The position numbers and the translations under genes are program-made. From Penicillus capitatus (taxonomy: Eukaryota; Plantae; Chlorophyta), in contig OZ287697.1 of NCBI GenBank assembly GCA_965649825.1, positions 2,094,351 to 2,158,350 of the forward strand: a stretch of DNA of 64,000 nt. Reading direction: 5' to 3'. The notes beneath the pieces were generated by a model. It made no database searches, was not told the DNA's origin, and saw only the letters and a list, made by a program, of their open reading frames with translations. Each line of letters begins with the position of its first letter. Position 1 is the first letter of the stretch. Positions 20,701 through 32,927 of the stretch are shown here, one piece after another.

Positions 20701-21095
20701 AGTTTCCTTCGAGAACTCGTGCCGGCGTTCTTTTCCATTCTCTGTAACTCTGTCGATGAAGCAGTTTTGCACTCCTCGATTCTGTCAAGAAGGCGCTGCG
20801 GGCAGTTGCCGGACGTTCTGCGGGATCATTTCTGCTGTTCCCATTATCTCTCAGTGTTCCTGAGAGCTTTACCAACGTCGCGCGTCCTCCAACGTTTTCC
20901 ACTACTTTGTCGCTTTTTCGGAGTGGAGAATTAGCGTGCCCGTCGATCGGTGGATTTCGACAGCTTTCAACTTCCGTCAATGCATCCGCCGGAGGGCTCA
21001 TCCCAGTTCTTCTCCACCCACCCACCTCCGTCTCACCTGCCTGAAAGGACCTCGTCCAGGCTTCCCACCCACAACACCTCCAGTTGGTTGATTGA

Positions 21096-22794
21096 TCTCC
21101 GTGATCTGCCCAGATCACTTTGAACCGGGCCTCGACCTGCACAAACACAAAGCTACGGACGACATGACAGCAGATGGCGCTGTATCTGACACGAGGGAAA
21201 GATGCTGGCAGAGATGCTTGGACCCCAAGTAGATGCGCTTTCTCGAGAAAGGACTCCAAGGCATAACGGCCAAACACAGTTTGCACGACGTTGGTGCGAT
21301 CAAGGCAATCGACACAATTGGTGCGAACGATGCCGTCTTGAACAGATGTTGCTCGGCCCTCCTCCTGTCATGCACTTGTGTTCGCACACGAAATCGGACG
21401 AGGATAGAGATACCATAACGAACAGGCCAAAGCGATCCGGATCTGCTCGGATTCTGTCGAAGAGGATGTAGATACGATGATATCGAGTCGTTCCACATTC
21501 TTCACTGAAATCAGAATTGTTGAGACGGAAGCCGTCTTTCGTCCTTGAGAAACGCCGAGCGGAATTTTCGGATGCACTTGTCAAGGAACCCTCAGATCCG
21601 GTGGCGCGTGCCAAATTCGCCGCAACGCATTCCTGTCCAACAACATCTCTGCATCCCATCCCCCACGACACAGGCCTTGTTGCTCACTGTGTGCGTATGG
21701 AGAAGGTCATCGACGTGACCGTCGAAGGCATGTGTGTAGTCCATCTCTCTCCCGAGACGCGTGGGTGGCTCGTGCTTGAGTTCGGAATGCTCGTCCAAAA
21801 CGCGGGGATCGATCCTCGCAGCTGAATGAACGAACACACATGTCCATTCGACAGACACAGAAGCTGTTCTGTCTCGACGGAATCTGCCACGGATCCCTGA
21901 CATCAACACATACAGGTTCGTGAGGCGTAGACGCGAAGAAGCACTTGGAGATCGGCGCCCCTTCTCCAGCTGCGCGTGCCCAGGCGTCTCACCGAACGAC
22001 GTGCCACAATCGTCAACTTCCCGGTTACTCGGTGCGAGAATTCCGAATCCGTCAGCTCCTGTACGAAGCGTTGAATGACAGGTAACACAAATCCATGTGC
22101 TCTCGGCTCTACACCGCCGACATCTGGACATCCTCGCGGAAAGGGATGTGCATTACGTGTGACGGGTTCCATCACATGGCGATTCCAGGAGAAGCGGGTG
22201 TCTTCCAGTCCCCACGACCCTCCTCCTCTTTCGTTGCCGACGGCCGCCTGTCGCTCAGTGCTCGGCGTCAGTCGGATTCAGCTGCTGAAGCACAGTCCTC
22301 TTCCGGCTTGTTTGGGATCCACTGCCGATCTCGCCAATTCGATGTGGCTACGCACAGGGGCTCGCACAAATCACGCGTCCACACATCTACGCACGCACTT
22401 GGCATCTTCTGGTGGAAAACGTCCCCTGGGAAGATGCAGTTCTGTCTGAACCACTCGGTAAACTGGGGAGCCATGCACCGTTGCGACCTGCAGGACAAAC
22501 AAAGGCTGTCGCCGTCCGGTCTGCGTGAGCAGGCGAGTGCACTTGTTTCGCTTCCTTGATGGTGACGAGGACCGTTGCTTTGGCAAGGCGCAGCATTCCC
22601 AGAAGTCCAGGGAACGCGATGCAGCTACGAAGGAAACGCGGCCGCGTCGACGCTTCGGCTGTGCCGGTTCGGAGGTCGATCTCCAGCGTCTCGACGCATT
22701 CCCCTGTCGAGCGGAAAGGCTGAAGGACGACGACGTCGCCCGTTCTCCTGAGGGCGACGCCAACGAAGGCGTTCGTTATTGCGGTCTCAGTCAT
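21096..22794 (-). pseudogene. SAC1: SAC1 pseudogene copy 2, 3'-truncated after WADHGD
   Basis: Same frameshift as copy 1 (about 21780); homology to copy 1 stops at 21096. Confidence 0.85.
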
Positions 22795-24167
22795 GGCGCT
22801 TCTTCGCGTCTTCGACTCGACGCTGCGACACCTGTGGTCTCGCGCGCCGCAGCGTCGAGCTGTGCTGTCGAAGGTGTTGGCGGCGAGACCGGTCGCGCCG
22901 AGAGAGATTCCGAGCGCGGCCTACAGAAAGAAGTGTCTGCTGGGGTGTGGGAAACGGTCGTCGACTGCAAACCTGAAGGCGAAATTGACGAGACGCTGGT
23001 TGCAAAGATGGCGTGCATTTACAATGATGGAAAACTGACGACGCCGACGAATCCTAGACTCTGGACGGGACGGATGTGACATTGCAGAAGACGGTGGACA
23101 CTGAGAAGCATTGTCTTTGTGCTCTTTCATCTTGGGAGCGCGCGTCTCGCTAAAAACTGTCCCGCATTCACTAGAGAAGCCGAATTGAGTATGGCGGACG
23201 GGAACGCTGACTGGTGATGTGACCAACGGCCAAATGACGCACGGTGAGAGGTTGTCCACGTAAAGCAATTCGAGGCGCAATGACCTCCGACTTTTCCGTT
23301 TTAGTGTTTCGGTGCGGAATGTGCTCGAAAGAGACATCATGGCAGTCGTGACGCGTCTGCTGAGGCGAATTCCGACAGTTGTCGCCCGTTCCAGTGACAG
23401 CGACAATCACAGACGGGCAGACGACGAGCGGTTTTCGTTACCTGAGCGATCAACGCAGTCGCTGTCTTCTGACACTCGCTTGCCCTTATGACGCGACGCA
23501 TCCCTTGATGTTCCGAACAGGCAAGCGCCTATCAGATCGATGAAAGTAAGCAACATATTTCGTCTCTCATCGAGACTCCGTTGTCTGTTGGGGACATGGA
23601 GCCGACGACAGACCAGACAGGCACCAGGTTTCGCCGCTATCTTCGTAAGATGCTTCTTCTTGCCGACACGTGTTGCTGAGAGCCGTTTCTTGTCGGCGGA
23701 TGCACCGCCGACCGATCTCCGTATTGCCAAACACAGTCGGAAATGGCCAATCTCCGAATGCTGTTCTGTGTTGCAGATCAAGGGCATGGTATCGGGCGGT
23801 GGACCGGAGAGATTCCTTCGGAGCAGGCCAGTCATCCGTCTGCATGGCATTGTATGAAGCTCTGCCGCGAAGGATACGGTGAGTCATTCTCGCCTTTTGC
23901 TGGGCGAACCCGCGACTTTCAGGATGCATTCCGTGTAAGAAGTACTATGGTCGACTGTTGCGTTTTGTCTGACCACTCTTGAGGATTCCCAGATTGGTAA
24001 CAAATTTACCTCTCGCTGCATAAAGCATCCGTCCAGTGGTTGTTGTTCAAGGTGCGCATTTTTGCTGTTCGGCGCGCTGAATTGTTCTGATGAGTTGTCA
24101 AACACTCTCGACGTTGTCGTCTCATGAGCTGAATTCAAGAGAACATGTTGGCTGCAATAGTAGACTC

Positions 24168-24796
24168 CGTTTGGCATCTACTACACGATCTCGTTCGAAC
24201 AGGGGCTCGATTTGAGTGAGTCTGTGTCGCCGAAGAGTTACACTTACGATTACCTCACAACCATGGAAGACTACTTCGACACGTCGCAGATCAACATCGT
24301 GTTCCGAGACTCCGTCGACTACACAGACCCTCAAGACTTTGAAGCGGCCAGGCAGTCGGAGTACGAATACGTTGATGGAGGATTCAGAACAGAGGAGCGG
24401 CTGATGTCGCAGTCGTGGATGGATTTCTACACGCAGTATGTCGAAGCGAAGTTCTGCTCGAACGAGATCTGCATGGACGAAGTGCACTGGTACTACGATG
24501 GCTTCTCCTCTGCCGATTTTGCGCATCCGTCGAAGAACATCTGCGCCGGCGTCGCGTCAGCCGAAGAGTGTGAGCAGAGGTGCGAGACGCATTGTCCGCA
24601 GGCGGCCATGACAGCCAAAAAAAAACTTCCTGAGCATGACGGTGGTCTACCAGAAGACATAGTTATGTTATTGTACTTGAAGCTCGATCGCTCGAATGCT
24701 TCGCATGAAAAGGCAACTGTCCTCGAAGACAAGCGCCAGTCGACGTCGCTTTCTCGACGGGGCGAGAGAGGAAGCAAGGACAATAACAACGTCTAG
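24168..24796 (+). pseudogene. Chimeric ORF: Patched lumenal-loop fragment fused to an F-box-like N-terminus
   Basis: ORF 24212-24796 reads Patched ...CETHCPQAA then MTAKKKLPEHDGGLPEDIVMLLYLKLD. Confidence 0.65.
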
Positions 24797-24819
24797 TCTA
24801 CTCTCCATTACAGCGCATC

Positions 24820-27178
24820 TCAGTTTAGAGGGTGAACGACAGGGATGGGCGTTCTCAAGAAAACTTCGACCCCCTTGGGTGCCCACACGCGTCCCTTCAG
24901 CCACCCTCGATCTCTGTCCTTGCTCATGTAAGGCACGGCGAGCGAGATCCAACCTGGCAGTCCCGAAACGGAGATGTCTGCGAGGTTCTCCTCAAATCCC
25001 AGACACTCGATCTGAAAAGACTTGGCCACTGCCCATCCGGTTTCGAGGACACGATCCCTGCCAAAGAATGCCTTTGTCGCGTCAACGTCCGTCGCCGCCT
25101 CGTCCTCGACGGTTTCATTGCGGCTTCCGATGGACTTCTCCTGTGCCTCGACTCTGTGAGGCGACAGAGGGGCGTCCTCGATAAGAAGATCGCTCTTCAA
25201 GTCTTCGAAGTCGGAGATGGACGCGGAAGCCTGTCCGTTCTGCAGTCGTTCGACGTCCTCCAGGTAACGAGTGGATACGATACGGTCCATCATCTCTCCG
25301 TTGACGACGGATCTCAGAACGTCTCCTTCCGTTCGATGCCCTTCAGCCGTGGCATCGGGCCGAAGAAGAGGAAAGGCGTGGACCTTGAGCGCGGACGCTC
25401 CGAAGAAAACGAGTCCCAGCGATGACGGCGCCTCAAAGATGTCGATCCGTACGAGACCGCCCCAGAAGTACGTGGCCGAGATGCGATCCGGCTCGTCCAT
25501 GATCCTTTCAACCAGTTCTTCGTCCGAGATGGTTTTCCGTCTCTCTTCCAGCGCCTCTCTCTGAGACACTTGTTTGCAGATTTCGTAAGGCGACGGAGGG
25601 ATGTAAGGAGACAACGGACGACCGGGGAGCAGCCTTCTCAGATCTTCCGGCGCGAGGAAGTGCGTCAGTCGGTGAAAGATATGGACGCCTGGAGTGTCTG
25701 CTCAAACACCATAGTCCCGAAGGAAGAGAAACGTGCATCCTCTTACCGTAAATGGCACCCTTTCTCTTCAGTGCTCGGAGCTTGATGATGCCCAAGGTGG
25801 TGCCCGGCATCGACGATTCCACAGGGAGAAACCGTCCTGCACATCGCGATGCCGCCGTCGAGACGACGACGCGTCGAAATCACCTCTTGCCATGGCATCG
25901 GCGGTGAAGTTAGAGGAGGTCAGCGTGCGCATCTCCGTCAGAAAAGCCCGAACGAAGGCGGATTTGCCGACGTTTGCCAGTCCCATAACATACACGTCCC
26001 TTCCATTCCTCGTCCTCAGGATAGATGACGTCGCTGCCGTTATTCCTGGCCAACCGAAAGTTCGAAAAGAAGAAGACGCCGTCTGCGTTCTCACCCGTTT
26101 TGTTACGATTGCTGACAAGATGGACGTCCACGACGTTGAGTCTCTTGGAAACCGCGCAGTCTCTCAGCCACGCCTTCACCTCTGGCAGAGGGGTGTGTTT
26201 GGGCAGGAGGTCGGCTTTGGTGCCGATCAACACGATGGGATTCATGCCGATCAGCGGGCGAATAGAGTTCAACAACGACCCGGGCAGATCCAGGAGATCG
26301 GCCAGCAGTATGACCAGCACCTTCTTGTCGCGGACACTCCTGAGCTGCTCCTTTAGTTCCTCTGGACTCAAGAGATTCTTGAAGCGGTGCTTCTCGGTGG
26401 AACGGCGGCGGTCTTCGATGGCGGCTACCATTTCTCCATGCGTCAGCAGAACGCATCTGCTGCACAGGAGCTGGCATTGAACCGATGCAGAGCATCTCAC
26501 ACGTGTGGGGACGAGTGTCGCACCTGGCTGTACTGTTTGTGATGGACTTTGGTCTCGAATTTTCTCTCGTCGATGTAGCCGATTTCTGACGCGTCTCTCG
26601 TCTGCAGTTCCACTCCGCAGCCATAGCAGCAGACCTGCACTCAACAGAAGACCGACGCTCCTAATGGCTGAGCAATCAAGAGCAAACCTTCAGGGCCCGC
26701 GGCTTCGGTGCCTCGGCAGCTTCAAAAGCATCCACGATCTCGACCGGCTCCTCTGCGTGACAATGAAGGACTGCGTCGCTTCGTTCCCTGTCGAGAAGGA
26801 GAGGTTCCGCAATATGGCGTCTCTTGGGTCACTCACCGCCTGACTCCAAACAGCCAGATCCGACGCCGTTGTGCGAGAAGGCCTACGGTAGGGCTGTGCG
26901 AGAATCGAGTAAAGCTCAATCCGCGGCCCGGAAGTTCTCGTGGAGAAAGACAGCACTGCGGCATCTCTGTGCGACAGGTTTTTTCAACGGGGACGCGATG
27001 CGATGTGAAGGGACGTAGAAACTCTCAAAGCTTCCAGATGATACGATTGTCGATGAAATGGAATAGACGAGGCACGAGACGATTTGTCGGGGACTGGTCT
27101 ACCTATCACTGCAACAGCTGTCCGCCTTCGTGCAGCTGTCAAGGAGGTAGAGAGTGATGTTAGTGTGTTCGACATCAT
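24820..27178 (-). CDS. NOA1: NOA1/RIF1 (YqeH-type circularly permuted GTPase), organelle-targeted, multi-exon
   Basis: CYGCG...CSRC zinc motif, TKADLLPK, GLANVGKSAF, PGTTLG, DTPG; Ser/Arg-rich N-terminus. Confidence 0.9.
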
Positions 27179-28522
27179 GTGTTGGTTCGTTCTTCGTCTA
27201 TTTAATCTAGACAACAAGAGTTCAGACAGTCTTTGTAAGTGATAAGTCTTCGTCGTCGTTCGCCTCTGCGCACGCCTAAGCAACGAGGTAGCCTCCACAT
27301 TGCCGATGTGAGGACGAGAAAGGGGGCTCTGAGCCAGACAAGTCACACCACGCGAATAAGAAGCTCAGGCGCTTTGTTGGTTTGCCCGTCTATAAGCTCT
27401 GGTCACTGGTCGGCACAGCAAAGGCGAGTGAAGGAAAGACTTGGAACTGTTCGGACCAAGGTACAGACTGGCTTAAATTCACCGTTTTATACCCTAAGAT
27501 GACGTGAATTTTCTAGGCAGTCGAGCTCTGTTAAACGCGTGCTTTACACTTCTCCAGTCAACTTCGAGCGAAACACACCCCTCGTACTCTTGTTATATAA
27601 CACGATGAGATTCTCGAATCGTCTCTGCGTCATGTCTTATGCCCCTACCTCTACGTCCTTTCTAATCAGGATCTGACAAGATTGTAGGGATGACTCGGAT
27701 CAGTTGCGAAGGGAGACATCAGATAAAGCTTTCGGCGTCGTCGTTCGAGACTGGCACGTGGCGAAACAAGATTCCATTCTCAGCATGAAAACCGGAGAGA
27801 AAGAAATGTAGGAGAACTATCTCGCACTCAATTCGATCTCCCGACATATCGAATTGAGTGACTTGAGAGACTCGATGGACTCAGTGACGTCGATGTCTCA
27901 CTGTAAACACCTCTTCGGGTGGTGCACATCATGCCAATGTCGCACGCAGCGAAGTGATGCGTTGAATGATAGCCGCTGCGGTTGTACACCACAGACAGTA
28001 TAGCACTGAAGATCTGCACATCAGCTGGATGTCGCATACAGGAGATTGCCCCCATGGACTTTGGCCGAACGCATCCGCGTCAGGCAGATCTCTTGGATGT
28101 GGATGTTGCCGAATGATGTGCCCTCTGTGTGACACACGTGATTTGGGTCTCGGAAAAAAAACCAGCGCGACGCCTCGAGAAAGAAAGTAAAACGTGAACA
28201 GTGGAAGGCTATGCGCCGTAGACGTCTCTGTAGATTCCGTCGTACGTCTTAAGCGCACGAGACGTCGGTTTTAGCGAAAGCCTCTTTCGCCTTACAGTGC
28301 CGCTTTCGCTATCAATCGAAGTTCGTTTTGCGAAGTTCTGCTGTTCGTCTGGTATCCGCGCATTCCGTCTTACCGTTTTCTTATCGAGTTCGTTTTCAAG
28401 ATCCCTGTTTCGGAAGCGGGCTTCCTCTGTACGTGCAAACGTTCTTCCGACACCTTTCGTTGTAACCACCCTTGCGTGTCTGGAAAATACGTTGCGTTTC
28501 CGCCCAGATCAGACGCGTCGTC

Positions 28523-29467
28523 ATGTCGATGGAAATGAATGAAGTCGGGGACGTCATGGGTGCAGTAGTTGATGCAGGGAGTTCGTTTCGATCTGGAAAT
28601 GAACTCGACGAAATAGATTCCGATGCCTTTTTCATTCAGTTCCTTTCCTTTATTCTAGCCATCACTACCCTTATATATGTGGCCTGTTTTTCAAGGTATT
28701 CATCCTGTGTTGTATATTTCTACATGTGTGACTCTTCTCTGCTTCTAGTGCTCGGCAAGACTCCAATACGATTCGTCAGCTCGACGCTCGAGCTCTCCAT
28801 CAAGCTCGTGTCGATCGTTTTGTCGACCGACGAACGGATGGCGCCAGAAGACGCGCCAATGACACGACATTCGACGAGGACCATTGTGTTCTCTGCTTGA
28901 ATTATTTCAAAAACGTAAGTGCCCTTTCTCACACTTTTCACATTTATCAAAATTCAGGTGGGGCAGGGGCCTTTTGACATTGTCGCTGCTCTACAGAACC
29001 TTATTGGGACACGGGTTCTGGGTTGCACTCTCAAGTGTGGCCATCGCTGCTGCAATCACTGCCTTAAACGCTGGCTCGCAGTGAAGAAGATGTGTCCTAT
29101 CTGTCGTCGCGCTGTCTCCGACGTATCAAGCCCGGTACCTTCGACCATCCAAACCCTTCCGGGCAGTGAATTGGAGCACCGTCTGGATACCGGATATCCC
29201 TTTTTGCCTGTGGAGATTCCTCCACCAAGTCTCGTCTCACATGGCACGAGCTCCGCGACGGCTGGCTCCGTCGAATACCTCCATCGCGTGGTTGAAGAGC
29301 GCAACGCCGAACTCTTCAACCGTTTTCGTCATGGTCCGGATTTGATTAGACCCGGACAACACGAGGAGGTCTTCATCGATGATCACGAAGTAGAGAGTGT
29401 CGAATCGGTCGTTGTCAGTCCTCGAACTCGAAGAAGATCGACCCGGAGGCGTTGGATTGGACGATAA
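28523..29467 (+). CDS. Membrane-anchored RING-HC E3 ligase, spliced
   Basis: N-terminal TM (FFIQFLSFILAITTLIYVACFS); after in-frame GT-AG introns, HCVLC...CGHRCCNHC...CPIC. Confidence 0.75.
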
Positions 29468-29592
29468 ATGTCCCTCTCCCTACCTGCTTACCTTATAGCA
29501 ACATCTGCGTTTGTCTGACATGACAGTGACAGCCGCGCATTTAAGGAAGAGATAGATCTGCACAATGTCGGTTTTCTCGGCGAATATATGCT

Positions 29593-30119
29593 ATGCGTTA
29601 TCGACTGCCGATGAAACCGACTCGGACATTGTTCCGTCCTGTCCGGGCTCTACCGAGAGCACCTCAGCGTCATTCACATTTCGCACGCTACGACCCAGAT
29701 GTCGATATCTTCACACACGACCTCGTCGCAGAGGAGACCGTTTCCACAGTCCCATGCAATGCCGGAACGCAGCTGTCAGAATCCCGACGGGTCCTGCGCA
29801 CCATCGGAAGCGACATCGTCGCACTGATTGACACGGGCGACCTGGTGACAAAGGAACGGTAAGACCATGGCCATCCATCCGTCCATCCACAGAACAGATG
29901 GTCACCTGTCTGCCTCGTAGGGAGCACAGTGCAGAAGAGCTCGAATTGCAGCGGCTGCCGCACAAGCGACTGGCGTGTATCTGTCAGAGCTACGGCGTGA
30001 GCCCAGCTGGACGCAAGAGAGAACTCGTTGAGAGGATTCTGAAGCACGAGGAGATGCATGAGAGCAGCAGTTGCTGGAGGGAAGGCGTCCCTTCGATGGA
30101 CTTTCTCTTTCTGCGGTAG
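29593..30119 (+). CDS. Small SAP-domain protein, spliced
   Basis: LELQRLPHKRLACICQSYGVSPAGRKRELVERILKH fits the SAP pattern; intron GTAAG at about 29859. Start uncertain. Confidence 0.5.
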
Positions 30120-30317
30120 AGTCGCCGAGAGATACTCGTGACGGTGTGTACACCACGGCCATTCTTGACGATTCTTCATTCGATTCTTAGACAGACGAGC
30201 CCCTCTGCCCGTCTTGTCACCTGTGGGATTAGTGTAATCTCCTTCGAGGTCGGCGTTGCGTCACGTCGCATCACATCCAGTGCAGACCATCGCTTGCACA
30301 TGCGCTGCAGCGCCGCT

Positions 30318-31529
30318 ATGGAGTTCCAGATCGTCGCCTCGCAGGGACGGGCGCGATGCGGTGCGATGAAGCTGACACGTCACACGTGCGAGACGCCAAT
30401 GTTCATGCCCGTCGGCACGCGCGGGTCCGTCAAAGGCCTCACGTCTGAGCAACTACGCGAGCTCGATTGTCAGATGATTCTCGGAAACACCTACCATCTC
30501 CAGTCAAAACCGGGATCCGAGATCGTCCAGCAACTCGGTGGTCTGCATCGCTTTGTCCAGTGGCCGCGGGGGATGCTCACAGATTCGGGCGGGTTTCAGA
30601 TGGTCTCTCTCCTGCGTCTAGCAGAGATCACCGAAGAAGGCGTCGAATTCCGGTCTCCAGTTGACGGGTGTCGCATGCGACTGACGCCGGAGGAGTCCGT
30701 TCGCATTCAGAACCGCTTAGGCGCAGATGTGATCATGGCCCTTGACGATGTCGTCCCTGCCAACACCCAAGATCCCGTGCGCTTTGCCGAGGCGACGCAC
30801 CGAACGACAAGGTGGCTGGATCGTTGCTTGCAGGCACACGAACGGCCACACGACCAGAGCCTCTTCCCCATCGTCCAGGGAGGCATGGACCTGAGACTGC
30901 GGGACATCAGCGTGAGCGACCTGATCGCTCGACAGTGTCCTGGATACGCCATCGGCGGACTGGCGGGCGGAGAAGACAAGAGCGATTTCTGGCGAGTGGT
31001 GGAGTTTTGCACGCGACGGCTGCCGTCCAACAAGCCGAGATACGTCATGGGTATTGGATATCCCCTGGACATCGTCGTCTGCAGCGCTTTGGGGGCTGAC
31101 ATGTACGACAGCGTGTATCCTTCGCGCACAGCACGCTTCGGCGTGGCTCTAGTGTCGCAGGGGACACTGCGTCTCAAGAACGCACAGTATGCAAACGATC
31201 GGCAGCCGCTCGATCATTCCTGTCACTGCTACGTCTGCCGGCACTACTCCAGAGCAGCTTTGCATTCGTTGCTGTTGGCTGGAACGACGATTGGCTGTCG
31301 GCTGGTAACCTATCACAACATCGCGTACATGATGGAGTTCACACGCGAGATGCGTTCCGCCATTCGCGCGCAGAGATTCCCGTCCTTCGTGAAAGAGTTC
31401 CTGCGGAAGCGATTTCCCCGGCGATCGGACGTCCCTGCTTGGGTGATCGATGCGCTGGGCGCAGCAGAGATCGAAGTGGGCGACGACGAGAGTGAATGGA
31501 GAGTGCCATCGCGGACGGCCATTTCTTGA
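30318..31529 (+). CDS. QTRT1: Queuine tRNA-ribosyltransferase catalytic subunit
   Basis: TPMFMPVGT, LGNTYHL, TDSGGFQMVSL, GYAIGGLAGGE, DSVYPSRTARFG, CHCYVC...H zinc site; intronless. Confidence 0.96.
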   Translation: MEFQIVASQGRARCGAMKLTRHTCETPMFMPVGTRGSVKGLTSEQLRELDCQMILGNTYHLQSKPGSEIVQQLGGLHRFVQWPRGMLTDSGGFQMVSLLRLAEITEEGVEFRSPVDGCRMRLTPEESVRIQNRLGADVIMALDDVVPANTQDPVRFAEATHRTTRWLDRCLQAHERPHDQSLFPIVQGGMDLRLRDISVSDLIARQCPGYAIGGLAGGEDKSDFWRVVEFCTRRLPSNKPRYVMGIGYPLDIVVCSALGADMYDSVYPSRTARFGVALVSQGTLRLKNAQYANDRQPLDHSCHCYVCRHYSRAALHSLLLAGTTIGCRLVTYHNIAYMMEFTREMRSAIRAQRFPSFVKEFLRKRFPRRSDVPAWVIDALGAAEIEVGDDESEWRVPSRTAIS

Positions 31530-32044
31530 CATCGCCTTTCTCTTAACCACATGTAACGTCGATGTAAACACAGTGGCATCGTCCTCTTCCAACGCGTATT
31601 CCTTCTTTCCACAACCGCGCATCGAGATCTTGTCCGAGCAATCAAAGACGTTTTTCGGTGGCTTGCAACAACTTCCAGTCGCAGTCATTAACCAAGACAA
31701 GGATGCCAGGTCGTCTAACAGAGACAGAAAAGCGCACATGCATACTTGTGCGCGACAGAAAGTGCGAAATATCACATCGAGTCATCCTTCACGAAAAGCT
31801 TGTTTATTTGTGCCAAGAGCTCAGATCTGGCCTACTTGCATGACGTCCGAAACCACCAGCTGTGGTTCTCACAGGCAATCGAAGGAAACTGTTGCGCTTC
31901 ATCGCACTGTCTTGTGAGTGAGAGGATTGTCCACGGTGTGTTTCGTCTGGTTGCCAAACAGAATCTCCAAGCCGCCCCGCGATGCAAAGCCTGCTGCGCA
32001 GCTAGGAGACATAAGACAATGCTACCCAAACTCCAACCGAAGCT

Positions 32045-32486
32045 TCATTTGAGTCTGGATCGGCTGACGACGTCATAAATCAGCAACAATTTGCATCCTT
32101 CGCCGTTTACGTGGAATGCATCACGGATGCCGTAGCGTTGTCTGTCCCCTGTCTCTTTCCACGACGCTCCGAGAACGGAGAATGGCATGTCACGCCCGAT
32201 GTTATCAAGCAGCAGAGCGCAGACTAACTCCGCGCCTGCGTCCAGCGCAAAGACGAGATTCAGACTATCACGTGGCGACTGAATGATGCTGCCTTGCAAA
32301 ACAAGTCCGTTGACCAGCATTGGGATCACCTCTATCTCGTTTCTCCAGTCACCGAAAAGCAGGCGAGACATGGAATGAAGAGTGAATGGACTCAGGAGAT
32401 CATAAGCGTCAAGCTTCAAGCCCAATAACATAACTATGTCTTCTGGTAGGCCATCCTCATGCTCAGGAAGTTTTTTTGGCTGTCAT
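32045..32486 (-). pseudogene. F-box-like gene, frameshifted just after its ATG (A7 run)
   Basis: LPEDIVMLLGLKLDAYDLL resembles an F-box start; ATG at 32486 is out of frame with it. Confidence 0.4.
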
Positions 32487-32927
32487 GGCCGCCTGCGGAC
32501 AATGCGTCTCGCACCTCTGCTCACACTCTTCGGCTGACGCGACGCCGGCGCAGATGTTCTTCGACGGATGCGCAAAATCGGCAGAGGAGAAGCCATCGTA
32601 GTACCAGTGCACTTCGTCCATGCAGATCTCGTTCGAGCAGAACTTCGCTTCGACATACTGCGTGTAGAAATCCATCCACGACTGCGACATCAGCCGCTCC
32701 TCTGTTCTGAATCCTCCATCAACGTATTCGTACTCCGACTGCCTGGCCGCTTCAAAGTCTTGAGGGTCTGTGTAGTCGACGGAGTCTCGGAACACGATGT
32801 TGATCTGCGACGTGTCGAAGTAGTCTTCCGAGGTTGTGAGGTAATCGTAAGTGTAACTCTTCGGGGACACAGACTCACTCAAATCGAGCCCCTGTTCGAA
32901 CGAGATCGTGTAGTAGATGACAAACTG
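32487..32927 (-). pseudogene. Internal NPC1/Patched-like fragment
   Basis: Mirror of 24168-24607. Confidence 0.85.

Larger units (their letters stand above)
14787..24176 (+). repeat. Direct segmental duplicate of 1-10057 (copy 2 of LTR-Patched-XPF-SAC1 block)
   Basis: Offsets 14786 (LTR, Patched), about 14897 (XPF) and 14119 (SAC1 onward); non-homologous between about 5764-6976 and 20661-21095. Confidence 0.93.
17933..24684 (+). repeat. Left arm of a large inverted repeat
   Basis: Reverse complement of 32412-39200; paired ORF coordinates sum to 57133 (outer part) and 57094 (inner part). Confidence 0.95.

Noticed and set aside
27400-28500. Short ORFs between NOA1 and the RING gene; likewise 55400-56200 and 63573-63993
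   Set aside because: No family recognisable by eye; could be UTR, degenerate genes or a gene cut by the window end.
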